From the NCBI GenBank assembly GCA_937974645.1, contig CALJVH010000024.1:9105-73104 (forward strand): DNA of 64,000 nucleotides. The letters are read 5' to 3'. Made by a program: the position numbers and the translations under genes. Below, in pieces: positions 22,509-30,889 of this stretch (its first letter is position 1; every line of letters begins with the position of its first letter). The DNA is from an uncultured archaeon (GTDB lineage Archaea > Thermoproteota > Nitrososphaeria_A > Caldarchaeales > Wolframiiraptoraceae). The notes under the pieces were generated by a model that saw only the letters and a list, made by a program, of their open reading frames with translations, was not told the origin of the DNA and ran no database searches.

Positions 22509-22640
22509 GCAATCGCCTTACCTAGTATTATTGTTTAGCCAAGGCGTCCTCTCCCCCTCCCGGCCGGAACTTTTCGGTATATGAATCCAGCCCCAATCAC
22601 GTGAAAGCTTTTATCTAGAGACGCTCCACCGAGAAGAGCC

Positions 22641-23537
22641 ATGAGCAAGGAGCCTCTCGTCTACATTAATGGCGAGTATTATCCCAAGAGTAAGGCAGCT
22701 GTTTCGGTCTATGATCATGGCTTCCTCTACGGCGACGGAGTCTTCGAGGGGATCAGAGAGTACGATGGAATCATCTTCATGTTAAGGGAGCATATCGACA
22801 GGCTGTATGACTCCGCGAAGGCGATAATGCTTGAAATACCGATGACGAAGGAAGAAATAATAAATGCTGTCGTGGAGACTCTTAGGAGGAACGAGCTTCG
22901 GGATGCGTACATAAGGCTCGTGGTCACGCGCGGTGTCGGAGACCTCGGCCTAGACCCTAGGAAGTGCAAGAATTCGAATGTCATAATCATAACAGAGCCG
23001 GCCTTAACACTATACAGCAAGGAGGCGAAGTTGAAGGGAATCTCACTCATAATATCATCTGTTAGGAGGGATAGGGTTGACGCGACGACGCATCAGATAA
23101 AGTCCATGAATTATTTGAACAGCATCCTCGCGAAGCTGGAGGCAATAAACGCGGGAGCCGATGACGCCGTCATGCTCGATGATCGAGGGTTTGTCGCCGA
23201 GACAACATCCACGAACATCTTCATCGTCAAGAATGGCATAATAGCGACGCCGCCCCCGACTACAGGAGCTCTACCGGGGATAACTAGAGCCTTTGTCATG
23301 AGGCTTGCTAAGAGGCTCGGATACCATGTGGAGGAGAGGGAGATAACGCCCTTCGAGCTGATAACAGCGGATGAGGTTTTCGTAACTGGGACCGGGGCCG
23401 AGATCCTCCCAGTAACGAAGATCGCCGGAAGAACCGTAGGAGATGGAAAAGCCGGAAAAATAACCCTAAGGCTAATGGAGAGGTTCGAGAAGGAATGCCG
23501 AGACCCGGCAAATGGGGTAAAAGTTTACCCAGACTAG
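22641..23537 (+). CDS. ilvE: Branched-chain amino acid aminotransferase (PLP fold type IV)
   Basis: DHGFLYGDGVFEGIR, VTRG and GITR motifs. 298 aa. Divergent from lrp. Confidence 0.8.
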   Translation: MSKEPLVYINGEYYPKSKAAVSVYDHGFLYGDGVFEGIREYDGIIFMLREHIDRLYDSAKAIMLEIPMTKEEIINAVVETLRRNELRDAYIRLVVTRGVGDLGLDPRKCKNSNVIIITEPALTLYSKEAKLKGISLIISSVRRDRVDATTHQIKSMNYLNSILAKLEAINAGADDAVMLDDRGFVAETTSTNIFIVKNGIIATPPPTTGALPGITRAFVMRLAKRLGYHVEEREITPFELITADEVFVTGTGAEILPVTKIAGRTVGDGKAGKITLRLMERFEKECRDPANGVKVYPD

Positions 23538-23547
23538 CTTTCCCACA

Positions 23548-24723
23548 TTATCGTTCTCTCACATTTTGAATCTTCTCGGCTAATGCTTTGCCAAGTTCGG
23601 TAATGCGCTCAACGTCATTTCTGGTTAGCGGGCCATTTACCTCCAATGTACCAACAAGCTCAATCCTATAACCGCTGAGCATTCTCTGAATCTGTTTTAC
23701 CGCGCCTCCACCCCAGCCATAGGAACTCAAAATAACAGCGTACATAATCGGTGGGCGGAGAACCTTAAGAATATAAGCGGCATAAACGGCTAGTGGGTGT
23801 GCACCGCCCAAAAAAGTCGGAGAGCCCAAAACGATGGCTCTGGAGTCCACAAGATCTTTTGCTAACTCGCCAAGATCGGCTACGGCTAGGTTATGAACAG
23901 CTAGCTCGATGCCCTCGGATGCCAAAGTCCCAACCATATACTTAATCATCGACTCCGTGCTACCCCACATGCTGACGTAAACCACTGTCACTTTAGGCCT
24001 CGTTTCACCAGAAGCCCAGCTTTTGTAAGAATTCAAGATTGATTCCGGCTTCCTATAAACCGGGCCATGGCTCGGCGCTATAACCTTAACATCCAGACCG
24101 GCTATCTTCTCGAGCGCTTTCTTCGCCATAGAGCGGAAGGGCATCATGATCTCGGCCCAGTACTTTTTGGCATGAACAAGCACGTCTTCGATCTCATCGC
24201 TGTAAACTGCGCCGGGCAAGTGAGCGCCGAAAAAGTCGCACGAGAAAAGGATGCCATCTTCCACCAGGTATGTGAACATCGTCTCAGGCCAATGAAGCAT
24301 TGGCGCTTCAATAAAGTGCAAGGTTTTATCCCCGAGGCTTATGCTCTCATTGTCAGCTACAACTCTGATCCGCCCCTCTGGAACCCGGTAGAAGATTTGA
24401 GCCATTTTCTTCCCGATCTTGCTCGTTACGAGCTTAGCTCTTGGCGCCACCTCCATCATATATGGTATAGCTCCAGCATGATCCGGCTCTGCGTGATTCA
24501 TTATGATAAAGTCTATCTCCTCCGGCTCCACAACGCTACTGATATTCTTCTCTAACTCCTTTTCGAAGCCGGGATTCACCGCATCTATCAAGGTCTTTCC
24601 ATCGGAGCCGATTATAAGATAAGAGTTATAAGACGTGCCTCTCGGAAGCGGGATTAAGGCATCAAAGATCCTACGATCCCAATCCCTTACACCAACATAA
24701 TAAACTCCTTTAGCTATCTCCAC
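23548..24723 (-). CDS. Flavodiiron protein (metallo-beta-lactamase-like plus flavodoxin-like domains)
   Basis: The di-iron motif HAEPDHAG sits in the N-terminal half and a flavodoxin-like segment VVYVSMWGSTE in the C-terminal half. 391 aa. Confidence 0.8.
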   Translation of the reverse strand: MEIAKGVYYVGVRDWDRRIFDALIPLPRGTSYNSYLIIGSDGKTLIDAVNPGFEKELEKNISSVVEPEEIDFIIMNHAEPDHAGAIPYMMEVAPRAKLVTSKIGKKMAQIFYRVPEGRIRVVADNESISLGDKTLHFIEAPMLHWPETMFTYLVEDGILFSCDFFGAHLPGAVYSDEIEDVLVHAKKYWAEIMMPFRSMAKKALEKIAGLDVKVIAPSHGPVYRKPESILNSYKSWASGETRPKVTVVYVSMWGSTESMIKYMVGTLASEGIELAVHNLAVADLGELAKDLVDSRAIVLGSPTFLGGAHPLAVYAAYILKVLRPPIMYAVILSSYGWGGGAVKQIQRMLSGYRIELVGTLEVNGPLTRNDVERITELGKALAEKIQNVRER

Positions 24724-24862
24724 GAGCCATCCTTTGATCGTTTAACCCCTCCATTATAGCCGCAAAGGCCGTTAAAAATATATGCCCTCACAATCGCAAG
24801 CCCTTGGCCCCTCACTCTTCTACACGGATTCTGGGAGATAACTTTATAACTATGTTATTTCA

Positions 24863-25288
24863 TTGTCCGTTGGCGGAAGTTTGGCGAGCTTAGCCCTACT
24901 CATTCCAACGGAAAAGCTAGATAGGCTACATATTGCGGCGAATTTAACCGCGGCAGCTGCTTCAATGGGATGGAGCGTGCACCTCTTCTTCACCTTCTGG
25001 GGCCTGCTGGCCTTGGTTAAGGGAAGGGAGCCTTCAGGCATTACCGGCGATTACATGGCATATGAAAGCTCCTTAAAGAAGGCTGTTGAGTCTGGGGTAA
25101 TGCCCAGATGGGCTGATCTAATAAGGCAGGCGAAACAGCTGGGAGATGTAAAGATTTACGCTTGCTCAGCTACCATGAACCTCCTCTCGATAGATAGAGA
25201 TCAGCTTGAGGATTTTGTTGATGACGTGGTCGGCGCCGCGACATTTCTATCTATAGCCGAGAAATCGGATGTATCCCTAGTAGTCTAA
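24863..25288 (+). CDS. DsrE/DsrF-like (DsrE2/COG2210-type) sulfur-relay protein
   Basis: HLFFTFWGL and the conserved Cys context KIYACSATMNLL. 141 aa, TTG start. It lies directly upstream of a TusA-like gene. Confidence 0.65.
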   Translation: MSVGGSLASLALLIPTEKLDRLHIAANLTAAAASMGWSVHLFFTFWGLLALVKGREPSGITGDYMAYESSLKKAVESGVMPRWADLIRQAKQLGDVKIYACSATMNLLSIDRDQLEDFVDDVVGAATFLSIAEKSDVSLVV

Positions 25289-25305
25289 GGCGAGGTGAGC
25301 ATAGG

Positions 25306-25539
25306 TTGGAGGAGGATAGGGTGGTTCACGTGGTTGATGCAAGATATCTTTCATGCCCGGGTCCACTGCTCGCTCTAGTGAAGAAGTTAAATGAGGTACG
25401 ACGGGGAGGAATTATAAAACTCCTAGCAACAGACCCAGCAACGCCCAGGGATGTGAAGGAGTGGGCTGAAAGAACAGGACACAAACTCCTTGAGTATAAA
25501 AAGGTCGAGCAGGTCTTCGAAATCTACATCGAAGTTTAG
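25306..25539 (+). CDS. tusA: TusA/SirA-like sulfurtransferase
   Basis: 77 aa with the hallmark DARYLSCPGPLL (CPxP) motif. Confidence 0.8.
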   Translation: MEEDRVVHVVDARYLSCPGPLLALVKKLNEVRRGGIIKLLATDPATPRDVKEWAERTGHKLLEYKKVEQVFEIYIEV

Positions 25540-25542
25540 AGG

Positions 25543-26121
25543 GTGAGAGCATGTCAGCCGCTAAGGTTCTCAAAAGAAGAGCATGAGGTGATTAAAGTGG
25601 CTTTGGACGTGCTTGAAGAAGTGTGTCGTAGATTGGAGTCTGGACAAGACGTTGATGCGGATCACCTTGAGAAGATTTTGGAATTTATCAAGGTTTTTGC
25701 GGATAAGTGTCATCATGGTAAAGAGGAGGATGTTTTGTTCCCGGCGATGGAGGAAGCTGGCGTACCGAGAGAAGGTGGACCTATTGGCGTGATGCTTATG
25801 GAGCATGATCTTGGCAGGGGGTTTGTGAAAGAGCTGACTGAGGCTGTTAAAGCATATATGGTGGAAGATGAGAATGCCATCAAAAAGATAGTTGAAAGCG
25901 CTAGACGATACGTGAACCTTCTGAAAGATCACATTTACAAGGAGGATAACATACTTTATCCATTGGCTGAGAGGATCTTATCCTCAGAGAAGCAGAGCGA
26001 GCTCTTAGAAAAATTTGAAGCAATTGAGTATGAAAAAGTCGGGGCAGGAGCTCATGAAAGATTTCACGCATTAGTTCATCGATTAAAAGAATTCCACCTT
26101 CCTGAAGTCAACTTTTATTAG
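25543..26121 (+). CDS. Hemerythrin-like (HHE cation-binding) domain protein
   Basis: H/E-rich repeats: EEHEVIK, CHHGKEEDVLFP, MLMEHDLGR, HIYKEDNILYP. A 3-nt gap follows tusA. Confidence 0.7.
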   Translation: MRACQPLRFSKEEHEVIKVALDVLEEVCRRLESGQDVDADHLEKILEFIKVFADKCHHGKEEDVLFPAMEEAGVPREGGPIGVMLMEHDLGRGFVKELTEAVKAYMVEDENAIKKIVESARRYVNLLKDHIYKEDNILYPLAERILSSEKQSELLEKFEAIEYEKVGAGAHERFHALVHRLKEFHLPEVNFY

Positions 26122-26171
26122 AAACTTCAGTAATAAAGTATTCTAAGGTCTTGAAGCCACGATGCGAGGTT

Positions 26172-26468
26172 ATGGTCTCCAAGTACCTACCCGCTATCAG
26201 GGTGCTTTTATCCATGGAGCTTTCCCAGAAGCATGGTTTAACCGAACAGAGGATCGCAGAGCTATTGGGAACCACCAAAGCGGCTGTGAGCCAGTACTTA
26301 TCGTCGAAGAGGGGGGCAGCGAAAGTTAGGGAATTATTGAAAATTGCAGCTGTTAGAGAGGAGATTTCAAAGATCGCGGATGAGCTGGTGAAGAGTCCTT
26401 TTGAGGATTCTTGCGCTGACATAATCTGCAGGCTATGCCTCGTCCTCAGGAGGGAGAGGAAAATCTAG
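26172..26468 (+). CDS. Small HTH transcriptional regulator with a C-terminal Cys pair (COG2522-like)
   Basis: LTEQRIAELLGTTKAAVSQYLSSKRG helix-turn-helix, C-terminal CADIICRLC. I preferred the ATG at 26172 over the TTG at 26151. Confidence 0.6.
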   Translation: MVSKYLPAIRVLLSMELSQKHGLTEQRIAELLGTTKAAVSQYLSSKRGAAKVRELLKIAAVREEISKIADELVKSPFEDSCADIICRLCLVLRRERKI

Positions 26469-26473
26469 TGTGT

Positions 26474-27061
26474 CTAGCTTCTCCTATCTTTCCACGCCTT
26501 GGCAATCCTCGTGATGAGGGTTGCAACGGAGACGGCATCCTCTCCCAAGAGAACGAAAAGAGGCTCTTTTCCCATCACGGCAGTCTCATAAAATATCCTC
26601 GGAATGAATCCATAACTATCTAAAAGGAACTTTATTTTCCAAGGTATGGATGCTCCCTCCGCTCTTGATATATCTTCCGGCTCCTTGGAGCGGTCCACGA
26701 GGCCGAAGCTGATGTTGTTCTCCTTAGCCCATGTCTTAAGCCATGAAGCTAGTTCTTCGCTCCACGCGAAGTTGATTCCGGACCTGATCTTTTCATCGAA
26801 TTTCATCACTTCTAGGACTATCCTAGCCATGTGGCTGGATGCTCCGAAAGCTGGATACCCGCAAGCCCTTGGTCTTCCATCCACCTTGGTGATCCTGCCA
26901 TCTATCCCCGCCACATCTCTGATGTCTTTAGCATTTGGGAGAGCGTAAACGACATTTACTCTGACCTCCGGTATTAGGTCCACGAACTCGGGACAAGCTT
27001 CCAAGATTTTGACCGCCCTTACAAGATTTCCCAATACCCTGTCCATCTCATCCAGACTCAA
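26474..27061 (-). CDS. ThiN-like domain protein (archaeal thiamine-phosphate synthase / ThiR ligand-domain family)
   Basis: IPEVRVNVVYA...DVAGIDGRI...FGASSHMARIVL...VDRSKEPE...MGKEPLFVLLGEDA matches my recollection of the ThiN (PF10120) pattern. It is the last gene of the 30698-to-26474 operon. Confidence 0.55.
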   Translation of the reverse strand: MSLDEMDRVLGNLVRAVKILEACPEFVDLIPEVRVNVVYALPNAKDIRDVAGIDGRITKVDGRPRACGYPAFGASSHMARIVLEVMKFDEKIRSGINFAWSEELASWLKTWAKENNISFGLVDRSKEPEDISRAEGASIPWKIKFLLDSYGFIPRIFYETAVMGKEPLFVLLGEDAVSVATLITRIAKAWKDRRS

Positions 27062-27068
27062 AATGGCA

Positions 27069-28103
27069 TCACCGCCTCAAAGTGCCAAAGTATGCTTCCC
27101 AGAATGGATCGACTTTGACCGGCTTAAGATCCTCCTCTGAACCATCACTCTCAATAATCACTCTATTTCTAGATCTAGTGAACTCGCCTATAACTGCTGC
27201 CGAGATCTTCTTGCGCTTAAGAGCGCTCATTATTTTTCTCACGTTATTTTTGGAGGCGGAAATTAATAGCGTCCCCTCGCTTATAGATATCAACGGATCT
27301 ATTCCGAAATATTTGCATATCTTTTTAGCCGGCTCCGGAATCGGTATCTTCTCCTTGTAAACCCTTACTCCAACCCCAGAGGCTTCGGCCATCTCATAGA
27401 TGGCGTTAAGCACTCCTCCTTCCGTCGCATCATGCATTGCGCGGCAGTATCTTGCTGCCGTTAAGGCGTCCTCCACAACGCTCATCTGGAAGATTAATCT
27501 CTTGGCCTCTTCCAGCACCTCTGAGCCCAACACGTGTCGAAGCTCTTCCTTGGCTTGGTGAGCGAGTATCCCTGCCGCTTCTATAGCCGCCCCCTTAGTT
27601 ATCAGCAACGCATCACCTGGCCTGGCATTTGATGATGGCCTGAGGTCACTTTTTCTCCCGAATCCTATGACAACACATCCGCCATTAAGCGGATAACTTA
27701 TCCCGGGATACACCCCGGTGTGGCCGCCTATAATGGATATCCCTAGCCTCCTGCACTCCTCATGTATTTGAACCCAAATAGATTGAAGAGTTTCGTAGGA
27801 GGTTCTGGGAGGTAGTAGCAATGATATGAGCATGTATCTCGGCTTGATGCCTAAAACAGCAACATCACTTGCGCATATGTGCACTATGGCCCATCCAAAG
27901 TAGGGCATCAGAACGGGCATTCCGAATGTCGGATCTTCGGCCGCGACCATAACAAAATCCCGAGATACCTTTACCGCGGCAGCATCAACTCCATGGGCAG
28001 GACCTAATAAAATCCTCCGATCCCGCCTACCAAGCTTCGGGAGTATGATTTCGTCAAATACTCTCTTATCCACTTTGCCGATCTTGGGCAGCTCAATGCT
28101 CAT
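27069..28103 (-). CDS. AIR synthase-related protein (PurM superfamily, closer to HypE/SelD than to ThiL)
   Basis: KIGKVDKRVFDEIILPKLG, GVDAAAV, ASDVAVLG..P and IIGGHTGV motifs. 344 aa. There is no N-terminal Cys/Sec where SelD has one. Confidence 0.6.
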   Translation of the reverse strand: MSIELPKIGKVDKRVFDEIILPKLGRRDRRILLGPAHGVDAAAVKVSRDFVMVAAEDPTFGMPVLMPYFGWAIVHICASDVAVLGIKPRYMLISLLLPPRTSYETLQSIWVQIHEECRRLGISIIGGHTGVYPGISYPLNGGCVVIGFGRKSDLRPSSNARPGDALLITKGAAIEAAGILAHQAKEELRHVLGSEVLEEAKRLIFQMSVVEDALTAARYCRAMHDATEGGVLNAIYEMAEASGVGVRVYKEKIPIPEPAKKICKYFGIDPLISISEGTLLISASKNNVRKIMSALKRKKISAAVIGEFTRSRNRVIIESDGSEEDLKPVKVDPFWEAYFGTLRR

Positions 28104-28109
28104 GCAGTC

Positions 28110-29195
28110 TCACATACCCTTTTCGCAGTCTAATCGAATCGTGGCAATGATGTTTTTATAAATCTCTAATGCTTGCTCCCTCGAACTGGCACCCTCAATG
28201 ATAGCTATACCACTCTTCAGCAAGCTGATCTTGAGGTTTCCCCCATACCTAAAAGTTAATCCAAGTTCTCCTAAGATGATAGGCTCAACCTTGTGCTCCC
28301 TTATTATATGTGAGAAAACTTCAGGCGGTAGCTTCATCGATTTCCCGGGATTTATGATGAAGGTCGCAACTCCCTCTCTTTCGCAAACCTCCTCCACCAT
28401 CGGATACTTTTTCGCTTCTTCCCGTATTTTCATTTTCTCCCCGCATGCGGGGCATCCACTAACCCTTTTCACCGGTATAAATTCCATGGACAAGCTCTTG
28501 AGATCGCAGAATAGCAGCTTATCCTGCAATATGGAGCTGGAGTGGATGAGGTAGTTCGTCGCCTCTGAAACTTGAATGGCTGAGATTAGCTGAAGTATTG
28601 CTGGATGAACTCCAATAACCGAGCACGTTGGAAGATCTTCATCAACAACATTAGCGTATAAGCATTCTAGGCAGGCGGTCTCCCCTGGAATTATCAGTGA
28701 TGCAACACCGTATGTTTGGATGGCCGCTGAAAAGAGGTAAGGAGTCCTAACTTCTAGGCACGCCCTATTTATTGCCCTTCTAGTAGTTATGTTATCCAGC
28801 CCATCGATTACCATATCAACACCACTTACCACATCTCTCGCTGTAGTTTCATCAACATATATTGGGAGTGGGTCAACCTCGATGTATGGATTTAATTCCT
28901 TGAGCCTTTTTGCCGCGACCTCCACCTTTGGATATCCAATATCCTTGTAGCTATAGAGGTGTTGCCTGTGAAGATTCGATTTCTCCACAACATCCCTGTC
29001 AACGATCCTTATGTACCCGACCCCCATAGCAGCTAGGCTCACCACGGTTGAGCAACCGAGCCCCCCGATACCTATCACGGCCACTCTCGCCTTCTTCAGC
29101 TCCTCCTGGCCGCCAATACCTATCTCAGGCAAGACTATTTGCCTGGAGTAAAGCTCTATCTCCTCATCACTGAACTCCATCCTTCTCAACCTCAT
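28110..29195 (-). CDS. E1-like ThiF/MoeB-family adenylyltransferase with an extra, non-rhodanese C-terminal domain
   Basis: YSRQIVLPEIG, the nucleotide loop VIGIGGLGC, two CxxC pairs (CLEC at 175, CPAC at 248) and Cys191 in PTCSVIG. Residues 262-361 form an additional domain. The start overlaps the upstream stop codon as ATGA. Confidence 0.8.
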   Translation of the reverse strand: MRLRRMEFSDEEIELYSRQIVLPEIGIGGQEELKKARVAVIGIGGLGCSTVVSLAAMGVGYIRIVDRDVVEKSNLHRQHLYSYKDIGYPKVEVAAKRLKELNPYIEVDPLPIYVDETTARDVVSGVDMVIDGLDNITTRRAINRACLEVRTPYLFSAAIQTYGVASLIIPGETACLECLYANVVDEDLPTCSVIGVHPAILQLISAIQVSEATNYLIHSSSILQDKLLFCDLKSLSMEFIPVKRVSGCPACGEKMKIREEAKKYPMVEEVCEREGVATFIINPGKSMKLPPEVFSHIIREHKVEPIILGELGLTFRYGGNLKISLLKSGIAIIEGASSREQALEIYKNIIATIRLDCEKGM

Positions 29196-29467
29196 CCGCC
29201 AGCCACTGATGGTATTATCGATATTTCATCATTATCTCTTAACTCGGTTTCCATCCCATTCAGAAGTTCAGCGTTTCTCCCATTAATGTATACACTAAAG
29301 ATGCTTCTAAGTCTTCCATTAGAATCCAGTAGCTTAGATCCAAGCTCCGGCCTTATCGAGATTAGAGCGTCTATAACATCCTTCAGCATTGAAGCTTCCA
29401 TCATGATCTCCTTACTGTGCCCCGGAATTGCCAGCGCTCGTGGTAACACGAGCTTAACTAATGGCAA
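29192..29467 (-). CDS. Ubiquitin-like MoaD/ThiS-family sulfur-carrier protein ending in Gly-Gly
   Basis: The C-terminus is ...LRDNDEISIIPSVAGG followed by the stop codon. The probable TTG start at 29467 gives 91 aa beginning MPLVKLVLP and overlaps the ThrC-like stop by 14 nt. The 107-aa track ORF is probably over-extended. Confidence 0.75.
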   Translation of the reverse strand: MPLVKLVLPRALAIPGHSKEIMMEASMLKDVIDALISIRPELGSKLLDSNGRLRSIFSVYINGRNAELLNGMETELRDNDEISIIPSVAGG

Positions 29468-30698
29468 CCTTCGCCACCTCCATAACTCTCTTAAGGCCCT
29501 CACCCGTGGGCTCAATCATAATTGAAGGAGCTACTCTATTCAAGATCGTATGCGGAGCTTTGAGACCGCTTCCGGTGACGAGGCAAACCGTCGTTTCATC
29601 CCTCGAAATAAAACCATGCTCAATAAGTCTCGTTAGAACGGCTACGGAAACCACTCCTCCAGGTTCCGCGAATAACCCCTCAAGCCTAGCTAGATCATGA
29701 ATAGCCTGTAGTATCTCATCGTCAGATGCGGCCACAGCAGCTCCACCACTTCTCCTAATGGCCCGCAGAGCATATACGCCATCACCGGGCTCGCCTATAG
29801 CCAAGCTCTTTGCCACAGTTTCCGGCCTTCCAACAGGAGTTATCCTCTCTTTATCCTCCTCAAACGCTCTAACAATCGGTGAACAGCCGAGCGGCTGAGC
29901 TCCGAATAACCTAGGCTCAGAGTCTACTAATCCCAGCTCCCTCATTTCTCTAAATCCTTTGCCGACCGCCGTTAGAAGGGCGCCACTGGCCATGGGAATA
30001 ACAACATTATCAGGCACATTCCAGTCAAGCTGCTCACATATCTCGAACGCTATAGTTTTCGACCCTTCAACATAATATGGCCTTAAGTTTATGTTAACTA
30101 TGCCAGTGTTACTTTCCTCAGCGAATCTAGATGCGATCCAGTTTGCCTGATCGTATGTTCCAAGAACTGATATAAGGACGGCACCATACGATAAAGCATG
30201 GGAGAGCTTTTCTCGCTCCACATTTTCGGGCACGAAGATGTAGCACGGTAGATTCGCTCTAGCTGCATGAGCAGCAGTGGCGGCCGCCAGATTACCCGTT
30301 GAAGCACATCCGACGGCGTTTAATTGGAATTCCACGGCCTTAGCTACCGCGACATTAGCCGGCCTATCCTTGAAGGAATGGGTCGGATTAGTAATATCCT
30401 CCTTAATGTAGAGATAGCGAATTCCAAGCTGTCTCCCAAGCCTCTCTGACCTTAATAAGCCGGTGAAGCCGGCTCCGAGAGAGAAGATGTTCTTCTCGTC
30501 TACGATGGGAAGAAGCTCGAAGTAACGCCATAAGCTCCTTATCCTCTGTGAAAACACGTCCCTTGACAAATCCAGTCCATCGAGTTCATAGATGACCTCC
30601 AGCGGGCCGAAACACTCTTCACAAAGATTGTGGAAAGCGGGCTCATATTCCCTTCCGCACTCCCTGCATTTTAGGGCGAATCTTCTCAGCGAAGCCAC
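29454..30698 (-). CDS. Threonine synthase-family PLP enzyme (ThrC or a MetM-like homocysteine synthase)
   Basis: 414 aa. N-terminal Zn ribbon CRECGREY..CEEC, the PLP lysine context PTHSFKDRPA, and GNLAAA/ASGAL motifs of the Trp-synthase-beta fold. Confidence 0.75.
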   Translation of the reverse strand: MASLRRFALKCRECGREYEPAFHNLCEECFGPLEVIYELDGLDLSRDVFSQRIRSLWRYFELLPIVDEKNIFSLGAGFTGLLRSERLGRQLGIRYLYIKEDITNPTHSFKDRPANVAVAKAVEFQLNAVGCASTGNLAAATAAHAARANLPCYIFVPENVEREKLSHALSYGAVLISVLGTYDQANWIASRFAEESNTGIVNINLRPYYVEGSKTIAFEICEQLDWNVPDNVVIPMASGALLTAVGKGFREMRELGLVDSEPRLFGAQPLGCSPIVRAFEEDKERITPVGRPETVAKSLAIGEPGDGVYALRAIRRSGGAAVAASDDEILQAIHDLARLEGLFAEPGGVVSVAVLTRLIEHGFISRDETTVCLVTGSGLKAPHTILNRVAPSIMIEPTGEGLKRVMEVAKVAIS

Positions 30699-30889
30699 CT
30701 CCTAACGTTCACAGCGTTAACATCCATGATTTAAACATTCTCTATGGAATGTTAGGATAGCTGATTGATTCTTATAGGAATAAATGAATCAGTCCGGAAA
30801 AGTCTTCTGCCATAGCGAAAATAATTTGTGCGGGTTACGTCAGTTCTCCTAATAAAATTATTTAGGGGAAACGGGACTTGGGCCGGTAC

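Noticed and set aside
23548-24723. The metallo-beta-lactamase-fold protein as an antibiotic resistance enzyme
   Set aside because: The HxExDH di-iron motif plus the C-terminal flavodoxin-like domain identify a flavodiiron O2/NO reductase architecture.
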